64,000 nucleotides of DNA, taken from Thermodesulfobacteriota bacterium (GTDB lineage: Bacteria; Desulfobacterota; BSN033; UBA1163). The stretch is taken from contig DAIPKW010000003.1 in NCBI GenBank assembly GCA_036769565.1, forward strand, positions 8,378 to 72,377, given 5' to 3'. A model generated the notes under the pieces. That model was not told where the DNA came from, made no database searches, and saw nothing but the letters and a program-made list of their open reading frames with translations. A program made the position numbers and the translations under genes. Each line of letters begins with the position of its first letter. Positions within the stretch are counted from its first letter, which is position 1. Shown here piece by piece: positions 9,128 through 20,472 of this stretch.

Positions 9128-10315
9128 ATGGAATTTCACCCAGAGGGTTTAGGTTTTCACCGGATGATGCGTTTGCCGCCCTATATCTTCGGCATTGTCA
9201 ATCAGCTTAAAATGGAGGCCCGAAGAAGAGGAGAGGATATCATTGATCTGGGCATGGGAAACCCCGATCTGCCCACCCCCAAACATATTGTCAACAAATT
9301 GATCGAAGCGGTTAAGAACCCGAGAAATCATCGATACTCTGCATCGAAGGGAATTTATAAGCTTCGCCTGGCTATCACCGATTGGTATCGGAACCGATAC
9401 GATGTGGACCTTGATCCGGAAACTGAGGCCGTGGTAACGATTGGCGTAAAAGAGGGAATCGGCCATCTCGTTCTGGCAACGCTGGGGCCTGGAGATGTGG
9501 TATTAGTGCCTGATCCAACTTATCCCATTCATGCCTATTCGGTTGTTATTGCGGGAGGGGATCTGAGGTCCGTTCCTTTGATGGGGGAGGGCGATTTCTT
9601 CGGGAGGTTGGCCACAGCGACGAAGCAGACCTGGCCACATCCCAAGATGCTCATCGTCAGTTTTCCCCATAATCCCACGACCAAAGTCGTTGATCTCGAC
9701 TTCTTCGAGAGGCTTGTGGAGTTTGCAAGGGATCATCGGCTCATGATCGTCCATGACCTTGCCTATGCCGATATTGTCTTTGATGGATATAGGGCTCCAA
9801 GCCTTCTTCAGGTCAAAGGAGCCAAAGAGATCGGAGTCGAGTTTTTTTCTCTCTCAAAAAGTTACAACATGGCTGGCTGGCGGGTTGGATTTGCTGTTGG
9901 AAACCAACAGATGATCACTGCACTGGCCAGGCTGAAGAGTTATTTTGACTATGGCACCTTTCAACCCATTCAGATTGCGGCCATCATTGCGCTCAATGAA
10001 GATCAGTCCTGCGTTCGAGAGACGGCAGCAATATATCAGAAAAGAAGAGATACCCTCATCCATGGGTTGAAGCGGGTGGGATGGGAGATTGAAAGACCAA
10101 AAGGAACGATGTTCGTATGGGCGGAGATCCCAAAACCGTTTCAGAAGATGGGGTCTCTTGACTTTACAAAATTTCTTCTTCGAGAAGGAAAGGTGGCCGT
10201 TTCTCCAGGGATCGGTTTCGGAGAGTATGGAGAGGGTTTTGTCCGGTTTGCTCTGGTGGAGAATGAGTCTCGAATCAAACAGGCGGTCAAAGGGATTCAG
10301 AAGGCGCTGAGGTAA
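9128..10315 (+). CDS. PLP-dependent aminotransferase class I/II (AlaT / LL-DAP / aspartate aminotransferase-like)
   Basis: PLP-lysine region [20 protein letters not shown] and the class-I aminotransferase N-terminal region. Confidence 0.75.
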   Translation: MEFHPEGLGFHRMMRLPPYIFGIVNQLKMEARRRGEDIIDLGMGNPDLPTPKHIVNKLIEAVKNPRNHRYSASKGIYKLRLAITDWYRNRYDVDLDPETEAVVTIGVKEGIGHLVLATLGPGDVVLVPDPTYPIHAYSVVIAGGDLRSVPLMGEGDFFGRLATATKQTWPHPKMLIVSFPHNPTTKVVDLDFFERLVEFARDHRLMIVHDLAYADIVFDGYRAPSLLQVKGAKEIGVEFFSLSKSYNMAGWRVGFAVGNQQMITALARLKSYFDYGTFQPIQIAAIIALNEDQSCVRETAAIYQKRRDTLIHGLKRVGWEIERPKGTMFVWAEIPKPFQKMGSLDFTKFLLREGKVAVSPGIGFGEYGEGFVRFALVENESRIKQAVKGIQKALR

Positions 10316-10494
10316 AGGCTGGAATGTTGGAATAAATGGAGGATTGGAAAGGATGGTTTTATCAAGGAGGTTAAAGAGATTATTTGATAAGGATCCTTAT
10401 TCCATTTTTTTCAATATTCCATGATACCAGGAAGGATGATACCTGCAGAGGGCGGTGAGTTAAACTGCAGAAAGCATCACGAAAGGGAGTGGGT

Positions 10495-11808
10495 ATGAAG
10501 GACATTAAGGTTGGGCTGATCGGTTTTGGAACAGTCGGGTCTGGTGTGGTGAAGATTCTTCAAAAAAACTCCAAACTGATTGAAAAGAGGATGGGCGCAA
10601 AGCTGATCTTGAAGAAGGTCGCCGATGTGGATTTAACGACGGATCGTGGAGTGAGGTTAAAACCTGAGATCCTCACGCGGAGAGCCGATGAGGTGATCCA
10701 AGATCCTGAAATTGATATTGTCATGGAGCTGGTTGGTGGCATTGAACCTGCCAAGACATTTATTCTTCAAGCAATCCGAAACCGAAAACATATCGTGACC
10801 GCCAATAAGGCCCTGTTAGCCCTTCATGGCGATGAGATCTTCAGAGAAGCCAATCGTTTTGGAGTGGATGTGAATTTTGAGGCCTCGGTCGGAGGAGGTA
10901 TTCCTCTGATTCGCTCAATCAAAGAGGGGCTGGTAGCGAATCGGGTTGAGTCGATCTTTGGAATTCTGAACGGAACCTCCAACTACATCCTTACCAAAAT
11001 GACGGACGAAGGCAGAGGATTTAAGGATGTGTTAAAGGAAGCCCAGGAAAAGGGATATGCAGAGGCAGATCCGACGTATGATGTTGAGGGAATTGATGCT
11101 GCACATAAACTGACGATTCTGATTCGTCTGGCTTTTGGTACGATCATCCGATTTCAAGATGTCTTTATTGGCGGGATCTCAGAGATCACGCCTCTCGATA
11201 TCCAATTCAGCAAGGAATTCGGTTACCGGATTAAGCTCCTTGCCATTGCGAAGATGGATCAGGGAAGGATAGAAGCGAGGGTCCATCCGACCCTGATTCC
11301 TGAGAGTCATCTTTTAGCTACGGTGGGTGGAGTCTTCAATGCCATCTATGTCAAAGGGGATGCGGTTGGTCCTACACTCTTTTATGGTCAAGGGGCTGGA
11401 CAGATGCCCACTGGAAGCGCTGTGGTGGGCGATCTGGTGGAGTTGGGCAGAAACCTTCTTGCTCGGGCTTCCCAGAGGCGTGTGCCCCCTCTCTCTTTCC
11501 AGGAATCGGCCATTGAGAAGTTTCCACTGAAGAAGATTGGCGAGGTGGTGATGCCATTCTATATACGATTTTCAGCCTTAGATCGTCCAGGTGTGCTTTC
11601 AAAGATTTCTGGGATTCTGGGAAAGAACAATATTAGCATTTCCTCTGTCATCCAGAAGGGGAGACAGATCAATGGGGCGGTTCCCGTGGTGATGATGACC
11701 CACGAAGCGAAGGAGAAGAGTGTGCATCAGGCGCTTAGAGAGATTGATCGGCTAGGAGTCATCTTAGGAAAGACGGTCTTCATCCGTGTCGAGAATGAGC
11801 TGGAGTAG
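10495..11808 (+). CDS. hom: homoserine dehydrogenase with C-terminal ACT domain
   Basis: NAD-binding GLIGFGTVGSGV, catalytic-domain motifs and a C-terminal ACT domain; ATG 10495 follows an AAGGGAG RBS (the track's 10489 is GTG). Confidence 0.85.
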   Translation: MKDIKVGLIGFGTVGSGVVKILQKNSKLIEKRMGAKLILKKVADVDLTTDRGVRLKPEILTRRADEVIQDPEIDIVMELVGGIEPAKTFILQAIRNRKHIVTANKALLALHGDEIFREANRFGVDVNFEASVGGGIPLIRSIKEGLVANRVESIFGILNGTSNYILTKMTDEGRGFKDVLKEAQEKGYAEADPTYDVEGIDAAHKLTILIRLAFGTIIRFQDVFIGGISEITPLDIQFSKEFGYRIKLLAIAKMDQGRIEARVHPTLIPESHLLATVGGVFNAIYVKGDAVGPTLFYGQGAGQMPTGSAVVGDLVELGRNLLARASQRRVPPLSFQESAIEKFPLKKIGEVVMPFYIRFSALDRPGVLSKISGILGKNNISISSVIQKGRQINGAVPVVMMTHEAKEKSVHQALREIDRLGVILGKTVFIRVENELE

Positions 11809-11900
11809 TGAGTCAGAAAGTCGAATGGTCTTTTAATCAATTCGTTAAAGAGATTAGACTAACCGGAGATACGACGATGAGATAATTTGAGGAAGAGAAT

Positions 11901-12953
11901 ATGTGGCGCGGTGTGATTCGAGAATACCAGGATTATTTGCCAGTTAAAAGAGAAGAGAGTATCGTCACCCTCCTTGAAGGAAACACCCCTCTTATTCCTT
12001 CTTTCCGAATCAATAGAGAGATTCTTCCAGGAATAAAGCTCTTTTTCAAATATGAAGGTCTCAATCCGACCGGTTCTTTTAAAGACCGGGGGATGACGGT
12101 TGCCGTCTCAATGGCAAGAGAGATGGGGTCAAAAGCCGTTATCTGTGCCTCAACAGGAAACACCTCTGCTTCAGCAGCGGCCTATGCGGCAAGAGCGGGG
12201 ATGAAGGCCTATGTCCTCATCCCAGAGGGCAAGATCGCTTTAGGGAAGTTATCCCAGGCCATGGCCCATGGTGCGGAGGTGATTCAGATTGAAGGCAATT
12301 TTGATGAAGCCCTTCAGATTGTGAGAGAGATTTCGGAGACCGAACCGATCACTTTGGTCAACTCACTTAACCCTTATCGGATTGAAGGTCAGAAGACAGC
12401 CGCTTTTGAGGTGGTTGATCATCTGGGCTTCGCACCTACTTATCACTGTCTTCCTGTTGGCAATGCTGGGAATATTACAGCTTACTGGAAAGGGTATAAG
12501 GAGTACTGGGAGAAGGGTAGAGCCGATACGCTTCCTAAGATGTTAGGATTTCAAGCCGAAGGGGCGGCGCCCATTGTGAGGGGCAAGGCAGTGGAGAAAC
12601 CCGAGACGATTGCCACTGCTATCAGGATTGGCAATCCAGCAAGCTGGAAGCAGGCCGAGGCAGCCCGAGATGAATCAGGCGGTTTGATCGATATGGTGAG
12701 TGACGAGGAGATCCTTGAGGCCTATCAATTGCTGGCCAGTTTGGAAGGGATTTTTTGCGAACCTGCATCAGCTGCTTCTCTGGCGGGCGTGATCAAACTG
12801 CATCGAAAAGGATTTTTCAAAAAGGATGAGACTACTGTTCTGACGATTACCGGTCATGGTTTAAAAGATCCCGACATTGCCATTCGGGTTTCCCAGAAAA
12901 CGACTTCATTGCCTCCTAAAAAAGAGAAGGTCCTTGAATATCTCAATCTTTGA
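11901..12953 (+). CDS. thrC: threonine synthase
   Basis: MWRGVIREYQ N-terminus and the PLP-lysine motif PTGSFKDRGMT. Confidence 0.85.
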   Translation: MWRGVIREYQDYLPVKREESIVTLLEGNTPLIPSFRINREILPGIKLFFKYEGLNPTGSFKDRGMTVAVSMAREMGSKAVICASTGNTSASAAAYAARAGMKAYVLIPEGKIALGKLSQAMAHGAEVIQIEGNFDEALQIVREISETEPITLVNSLNPYRIEGQKTAAFEVVDHLGFAPTYHCLPVGNAGNITAYWKGYKEYWEKGRADTLPKMLGFQAEGAAPIVRGKAVEKPETIATAIRIGNPASWKQAEAARDESGGLIDMVSDEEILEAYQLLASLEGIFCEPASAASLAGVIKLHRKGFFKKDETTVLTITGHGLKDPDIAIRVSQKTTSLPPKKEKVLEYLNL

Positions 12954-14087
12954 ATGAAGACCGCCCTCATCTATACGGATGCTTATCTTGATTATGATTA
13001 CGGGCCGATGCATCCATTAAGGATTATCCGGCTCAAGTTGACCTATGAATTGATTAAAGCCTATGGCCTTTTGGATCTACCTTCTGTCCAATTCATTCCA
13101 ACGATCCCAGCCAAAGAAGAAGATTTAACGCTCTTTCATAGCAAAGATTATATTGCGATTTTGAAGGTGGCCGATGATGGCCACTTGGGCCGGGAGGCTT
13201 ATGCTTATGGTCTTGGGCCTGGGGATAACCCGATCTTTTCTGGCCTTTTCAAATGGTCACTTCTGGTTACGGGGGCCACCCTCCAGGCAGTTGATTTTGT
13301 TGCAGATGGAAAGGGAGGGGTTGCCTTTAATATCGCCGGAGGGCTTCACCATGCGATGCCATCAAGGGCCTCGGGTTTCTGCTATACCAATGATCCAGTG
13401 ATCGGGATAATGAGGCTTGTGAAGCGTGGGATGAGGGTGGCCTATATTGATCTCGATGCGCATCACGGTGATGGCGTCCAGAAAGCTTTCTATGAGACCG
13501 ATCAGGTTCTTACGATTTCGCTTCATGAGTCAGGATACTCACTCTTTCCAGGGACAGGGTTTGAGTATGAGATTGGAAATGGAAAGGGAGAGGGATTTTC
13601 AGTCAACCTTCCGTTTCCTGCCTATACGGATGATGAAACCTATCTCTGGGCATTTGAGGAGATTGTTCCCGAACTGATCGAATATTTTCGTCCAGATATT
13701 ATTGTAACTCAATTGGGAGTTGATACCTTCGAGGATGATCCATTGACACACCTTTGTCTTTCAATTTACGGTTTTGAAAAGGTGATTAAGCGGATCAGGG
13801 AGCTGTCATACCCATGGTTGGCATTGGGTGGAGGGGGGTATGAGATTTCCAATGTTGCAAGGGCTTGGACATTGGCTTGGGCCCTGATGAACGGAATTAA
13901 ACTAGAGGAACCTTTACCATATGCCTATGTGGAGCTGGCATCGAAACATGGAGCCCTTGATCGGGAGTTAAAAGGCCAACCACCTAACCCTGATCGTCTC
14001 GACAGGAAGACTCGGGAGATCAGAATGGAGATGGAGAGGATTGTCCATTATCTAAAAAGAGCTGTTTTTCCAAAGGTGCGGAGATAG
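12954..14087 (+). CDS. histone deacetylase-family amidohydrolase (AcuC / acetylpolyamine amidohydrolase-like)
   Basis: HDAC motifs GFCYTNDPV and DLDAHHGDGVQ; its start overlaps the thrC stop (TGAATG). Confidence 0.75.
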   Translation: MKTALIYTDAYLDYDYGPMHPLRIIRLKLTYELIKAYGLLDLPSVQFIPTIPAKEEDLTLFHSKDYIAILKVADDGHLGREAYAYGLGPGDNPIFSGLFKWSLLVTGATLQAVDFVADGKGGVAFNIAGGLHHAMPSRASGFCYTNDPVIGIMRLVKRGMRVAYIDLDAHHGDGVQKAFYETDQVLTISLHESGYSLFPGTGFEYEIGNGKGEGFSVNLPFPAYTDDETYLWAFEEIVPELIEYFRPDIIVTQLGVDTFEDDPLTHLCLSIYGFEKVIKRIRELSYPWLALGGGGYEISNVARAWTLAWALMNGIKLEEPLPYAYVELASKHGALDRELKGQPPNPDRLDRKTREIRMEMERIVHYLKRAVFPKVRR

Positions 14088-14143
14088 GCATATCCAGATC
14101 GTTTTAGTACCGTCATCCTTTTTAATCAAAATCCCTCCTTAAG

Positions 14144-14160
14144 TTGGCACATCTTTTGCT
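14144..14160 (+). promoter_or_regulatory. candidate sigma-54 (-24/-12) promoter TGGCAC-N5-TTGCT
   Basis: ttGGcacatcttttGCt at 14143..14160 with canonical GG-to-GC spacing, about 70 nt upstream of the 14229 start; rpoN is encoded in this same window. Confidence 0.45.
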
Positions 14161-14228
14161 TCTATTTTCCGATTTTCATTTGACATTTGTAAGTTTATGG
14201 TATATTTACATTTTAGGAATTTATTGAG

Positions 14229-15464
14229 ATGGCCAAGGGAATAAAGTATATCGTGATTGTTGGAGATGGGATGGCTGACTATCCTGTAGAGAGCCTCAAT
14301 GGTAAGACACCGTTGATGGTTGCCAAAACTCCTCATATGGATTGGTTGGCTAAACATGGAAGCGTGGGACTGGTCAGGACCGTCCCAGACGGGTTCAATC
14401 CTGGAAGTGAAATTGCAAATCTTTCCATCTTTGGCTACGACCCTCTCAAGTACTATACAGGCAGGGGGCCTTTGGAGGCGGCAAGCCTCGGCGTCACATT
14501 GAAGAAGGATGACCTTGCTTTTCGCTGCAATCTCGTCACACTCAAGGCAGAGGGGTCAAAGGTCATCATGGAGGATTTTGCTGCTGGACACCCCTCTGAT
14601 TCAGAGGCTCATGAGATCATCGTTGATCTCAATCGGGCCATTGGGACCGAGGAGATCCAATTTTATTCCGGCGTGAGTTACCGTCATCTTATGGTGATGA
14701 GAAATGGGGCTTCAATAGGTTCGGATATCGAAAGGATCGAATTGACCCCACCCCATGATATTATTGGTCAAGAGATCACTCCCTTTCTCCCCAAAGAGGA
14801 TGGTCCAGGAAGAAGAATTCTCACTCTCATGAATGAGTCCCAACAATTTCTCAAAGGACATCCGGTCAACCTTGAAAGGAAGGCAAAGGGGCTTCGGCCT
14901 GCCAACTCTATCTGGTTATGGGGGCAGGGAAGGGCTCCCCAGATGTTGACCTTAAAGGAACGATTCGGGATTGATGGGTATGTAATTTCAGCGGTCCATC
15001 TGATCAAAGGGATTGGAATTCTGGCAGGCTTAGAGGTCCTTCCAGTTCCCGGTATCACTGGATATTTTGATACCAACTATGAGGGTAAAGGAGAATATGG
15101 TCTGAGAGGCTTGGAAGAGAGGGATTTTGTCTATATTCATGTGGAGGCTCCTGATGAAGCAGGACATATGGGAGACCCGCTCTTGAAGATCGAAGCCATC
15201 GAGTCTTTCGACAAAAAGGTCGTGGGAACGATTCTGAAAGGGATTCACCGATTTGAAAGGGTGAGATTGATGGTCCTGCCCGATCACCCCACGCCATTGA
15301 GTGTAAGAACCCATACTTCGGATCCTGTCCCCTTTGTTATCTATTCAACCGATCGATTTGAAACAGGTAATCCCGATGCTGCTTTCGATGAGGTTTTTGC
15401 CCAAAAAAGTGGCCTCTTTCTCGAAAGGGGATTTGAGTTAATTGAAAGGTTTTTAACTTCATAA
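14229..15464 (+). CDS. apgM: cofactor-independent phosphoglycerate mutase, archaeal ApgM family (member of the family proposed as a non-orthologous homoserine kinase)
   Basis: N-terminus KYIVIVGDGMADYP...TPHMDW, ApgM-like length, metal-ligand pattern; sits next to hom-thrC. Confidence 0.75.
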   Translation: MAKGIKYIVIVGDGMADYPVESLNGKTPLMVAKTPHMDWLAKHGSVGLVRTVPDGFNPGSEIANLSIFGYDPLKYYTGRGPLEAASLGVTLKKDDLAFRCNLVTLKAEGSKVIMEDFAAGHPSDSEAHEIIVDLNRAIGTEEIQFYSGVSYRHLMVMRNGASIGSDIERIELTPPHDIIGQEITPFLPKEDGPGRRILTLMNESQQFLKGHPVNLERKAKGLRPANSIWLWGQGRAPQMLTLKERFGIDGYVISAVHLIKGIGILAGLEVLPVPGITGYFDTNYEGKGEYGLRGLEERDFVYIHVEAPDEAGHMGDPLLKIEAIESFDKKVVGTILKGIHRFERVRLMVLPDHPTPLSVRTHTSDPVPFVIYSTDRFETGNPDAAFDEVFAQKSGLFLERGFELIERFLTS

Positions 15465-15488
15465 TTCAGTGAAACGAAGGGGTTGGTA

Positions 15489-17315
<1,827 letters not shown>

Positions 17316-17387
17316 AGGGATGGGTGAGAGACGGGGGATGACCGACGAGGGACGACAGACGAAGGATGATGGAGGAGAGGAGAAGAG

Positions 17388-18362
17388 GTGGATATTAATA
17401 TCATTGAAGAGGCGAAGCGGGTATTGAGGATTGAGGCCCAGTCGATCCTTGATCTGATGGAGAGAATTGATGAACAGTTTTCTAAAGCGGTGGACATACT
17501 CTATCACTGCAAAGGAAGGGTTGTTCTCATGGGAATGGGGAAATCCGGTCTGGTAGGTCGAAAGATTGCATCCACCTTTGCCAGCACTGGAACACCGGCC
17601 TTCTTCCTCCATCCTGCGGAGGGGCTGAACGGAGATTTTGGGATGTTAGCCAAAGAAGATGTGGTCATCGGGATTTCCAACAGCGGAGAGACAAGGGAAC
17701 TTTTAGAAGTTCTCCCCCTCATCAAACGATATGGGAATCAACTGATCGCACTGACCGGCAACCGGAGATCGACCTTAGCAAGAGCTGGAGATGTCTTCCT
17801 CGACATTCAGGTCAAAGAAGAGGCCTGTCCTTTGGGTCTTGCACCCACAGCGAGCACAACTGCAACCCTTGCGATTGGAGATGCCTTAGCCATTGCTTTA
17901 ATGGTGAAGCGGGGATTTAAGAAGGAGGATTTTGCCCTTCTTCATCCAGGAGGAGCGCTGGGGAAGAGGCTTCTCATGAGGGTGGAGGAGTTAATGCATT
18001 CTGGAGAGGCTTTTCCAAAGGTATCGGAAGAGACCCTGATGAAGGAAGTGATCTTTGAGATTACGTCGAAACGCCTGGGAGTGACCGCTGTCTGCAATGA
18101 AAAGGGAGAACTTGTCGGAGTGATCACGGATGGCGACTTGAGACGGGCGCTTGAGAAATATTCAGATCTCCTCCAGCGAACCGCCTCTGAAGTGATGACG
18201 AAGAACCCAAAGTGGATTGAGAAGGATGCCCTTGCTGCAAAGGCGGTCCAGAGGATGGAGGAGTATTCGATCACCTCTCTTTTCGTGTTTGAAAAAGCTG
18301 GGGACCGTGTACCGGTTGGGATCATCCACCTTCACGATCTTTTAAAAGCAGGAGTGGTTTAG
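17388..18362 (+). CDS. kdsD: arabinose-5-phosphate isomerase (SIS plus tandem CBS domains), KpsF/GutQ/KdsD family
   Basis: SIS motif GMGKSG and C-terminal CBS domains; GTG start; directly upstream of lptC. Confidence 0.85.
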   Translation: MDINIIEEAKRVLRIEAQSILDLMERIDEQFSKAVDILYHCKGRVVLMGMGKSGLVGRKIASTFASTGTPAFFLHPAEGLNGDFGMLAKEDVVIGISNSGETRELLEVLPLIKRYGNQLIALTGNRRSTLARAGDVFLDIQVKEEACPLGLAPTASTTATLAIGDALAIALMVKRGFKKEDFALLHPGGALGKRLLMRVEELMHSGEAFPKVSEETLMKEVIFEITSKRLGVTAVCNEKGELVGVITDGDLRRALEKYSDLLQRTASEVMTKNPKWIEKDALAAKAVQRMEEYSITSLFVFEKAGDRVPVGIIHLHDLLKAGVV

Positions 18363-18434
18363 TCGTATCGTCTCATGGTCTATTAGTTTAGTATTTAATG
18401 AGGCGACTATCCGACGATGAGATGAAGCGACGAG

Positions 18435-19043
18435 GTGCATATGGCAATGATATTGAGAAAAACGAAGATTGCTATTCTGCTTGCGATATTCCTGATAGGG
18501 GGAATCGTCTTGGTCAGCCTCTGGGTAAACCTAAGGGAGAGAAATAGGGCGCAGGAGGACGAAAAGGTTTCTAAGATCTCAACAGAAGGAGCTGATCAAC
18601 GGTTAGAGAAGATCCACCTGGTCGAAGAGAAGCATGGGAAAAAGACGTGGGAGCTTGAGGCCAAAGCGATCTATCAATATCAGGGAGAGGACCTTCTCCT
18701 ATTGGAGGATGTGAAGGTGACCTATTATGCAAAGGATGGGCGGTCGTTCACGCTTTCTGGAAATCGGGGTAAAGTTCACCAAGTTTCAAAAGACATGGAA
18801 CTCACAGGTGATGTGCTTCTAAGATCAACCGACGGATACCAGTTAAAGACAGAATCCATATCCTACCGGCATTCAAGCAAACAGGTAAGGACTCCTGATC
18901 AGATTGAATTTGTGGGAGAGCAGATCCACCTGACCGGTAAGGGAATGCTGGTCGATATGGAGGCGAAGACTTTTAAGGTCCTCAGTCAGGTGAGGACGCA
19001 ATGGAAAGGAGGAGGAAGCGTTGAGATCAAAAAAAGGAGTTAG
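18435..19043 (+). CDS. lptC: LPS export protein LptC
   Basis: N-terminal TM segment plus OstA-like fold length; position between kdsD and lptA. Confidence 0.65.
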   Translation: MHMAMILRKTKIAILLAIFLIGGIVLVSLWVNLRERNRAQEDEKVSKISTEGADQRLEKIHLVEEKHGKKTWELEAKAIYQYQGEDLLLLEDVKVTYYAKDGRSFTLSGNRGKVHQVSKDMELTGDVLLRSTDGYQLKTESISYRHSSKQVRTPDQIEFVGEQIHLTGKGMLVDMEAKTFKVLSQVRTQWKGGGSVEIKKRS

Positions 19044-19590
19044 GCCGCCCCACCTTCTGTTTGGGTTTCGGTGTGGATCGCTTTTCTTCCTCCTCTTGGT
19101 CGTCTCCCTCTGTTGTTCGTCCGGACAGGCAGAGGAGAAGAAAGGGAGTCCAGCAAAGAGCTTCGGATTTACGTCTTCACGCTCCCCTATTGAGATTACC
19201 TCCGACACGGTGGAGGGAGACCAAAAGCAGAATCGGATCACTTTTAAGGGGAACGTCGTTGCCAAACAGGAAGATGCCACCCTTTATGCAAACACAGTGG
19301 TTATTCATTACGATTCGGAAATGAAAAGGATAAAGGAGATCATTGCCACCGGAAATGTCAGAGTCGTTCAATTGGATCGCAGAGCGACATGCCAGAAGGT
19401 CATATTCTATCAGAACGAGAGTAAGATTGTCCTCGAGGGGGAAGCTGTGATTCGAGAAGGCGACAATGTGGTTCGCGGAGAACGGGTCGTCTACCTGATT
19501 GATGAAGAGAGAAGCTATGTGGAGGGAGGCAAGGGAGGCCGGGTTACCACGACCATCATCCCTTCCTCGAAAGAAGAAAGGAAAAAGTAG
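19021..19590 (+). CDS. lptA: LPS transport periplasmic protein LptA (OstA-like)
   Basis: Signal peptide and OstA-like repeats (ITSDTVEGDQKQNRITFKGNVV); no in-frame ATG, so a TTG start is assumed. Confidence 0.65.
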   Translation: MRSKKGVRPPHLLFGFRCGSLFFLLLVVSLCCSSGQAEEKKGSPAKSFGFTSSRSPIEITSDTVEGDQKQNRITFKGNVVAKQEDATLYANTVVIHYDSEMKRIKEIIATGNVRVVQLDRRATCQKVIFYQNESKIVLEGEAVIREGDNVVRGERVVYLIDEERSYVEGGKGGRVTTTIIPSSKEERKK

Positions 19591-19676
19591 TTCGGAGTGA
19601 TGAGTTCGCAGTTCGGAGAAAAGAGTATACTTCGAACTCGAAATTCCGATTTCCAAATTTTTTTTAGGGAGAGACA

Positions 19677-20471
19677 ATGTCTCATCTCCGATGTGAAGAG
19701 CTTACGAAATCATTTCGCCATCGTCAGGTGGTGAATCAGGTCAGCGTCGAGATCGAAGGGGGCGAGGTGGTTGGACTGCTGGGTCCCAATGGCGCAGGGA
19801 AGACCACCATCTTCTATATGATTGTTGGGCTGCTTCGTCCCAACCGAGGAAGAATCTATCTCAATGGAGAGGAGATTACCTCCCTTCCCATGTATCTGAG
19901 GGCGCGAAAAGGGATCGGTTACCTCCCACAGGAACCCTCCGTATTCAGGAAACTGTCCGTGGAAGAGAATTTGATGGCCATTTTGGAGACTTTGCCTCTT
20001 TCACGCGAGGAACAGGCTGAGCGGTTAGAGATCCTTTTGAATGAGCTGGGCCTCTCTCCATTGCGAAAGCAAAAAGCCTACAGCCTCTCGGGAGGGGAGC
20101 GGCGGAGGGTGGAGATCACGAGAGCCCTTGTTTTATCTCCCTCTTTTATCCTCTTGGATGAACCTTTTGCAGGGATCGATCCCATAGCCGTTCTGGATAT
20201 TCAGGCCATTGTCCGTCAATTGAAATCGAAGGGTATTGGAATTATAATAACCGATCATAATGTTCGTGAAACATTAGGCGTCTGCGATCGGGCCTATATT
20301 TTGAACGAAGGGATTTTATTGGAATCCGGGACGCCAGAGGAGATCGCCCAGAGTCCCAAGGCGAGAAAGATTTACCTGGGAGATGAATTTCGTTTGGATG
20401 AGAGATACCCTCAGAGAAGAGAAAAGGTGAAAAAGGCAGATAAGCAGAGCCCTGGCCCTTTATTCAAATAA
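19677..20471 (+). CDS. lptB: LPS export ABC transporter ATP-binding protein LptB
   Basis: Walker A GPNGAGKTT, signature LSGGERRR, Walker B LLDEPFAG. Confidence 0.9.
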   Translation: MSHLRCEELTKSFRHRQVVNQVSVEIEGGEVVGLLGPNGAGKTTIFYMIVGLLRPNRGRIYLNGEEITSLPMYLRARKGIGYLPQEPSVFRKLSVEENLMAILETLPLSREEQAERLEILLNELGLSPLRKQKAYSLSGGERRRVEITRALVLSPSFILLDEPFAGIDPIAVLDIQAIVRQLKSKGIGIIITDHNVRETLGVCDRAYILNEGILLESGTPEEIAQSPKARKIYLGDEFRLDERYPQRREKVKKADKQSPGPLFK

Positions 20472-20472
20472 G

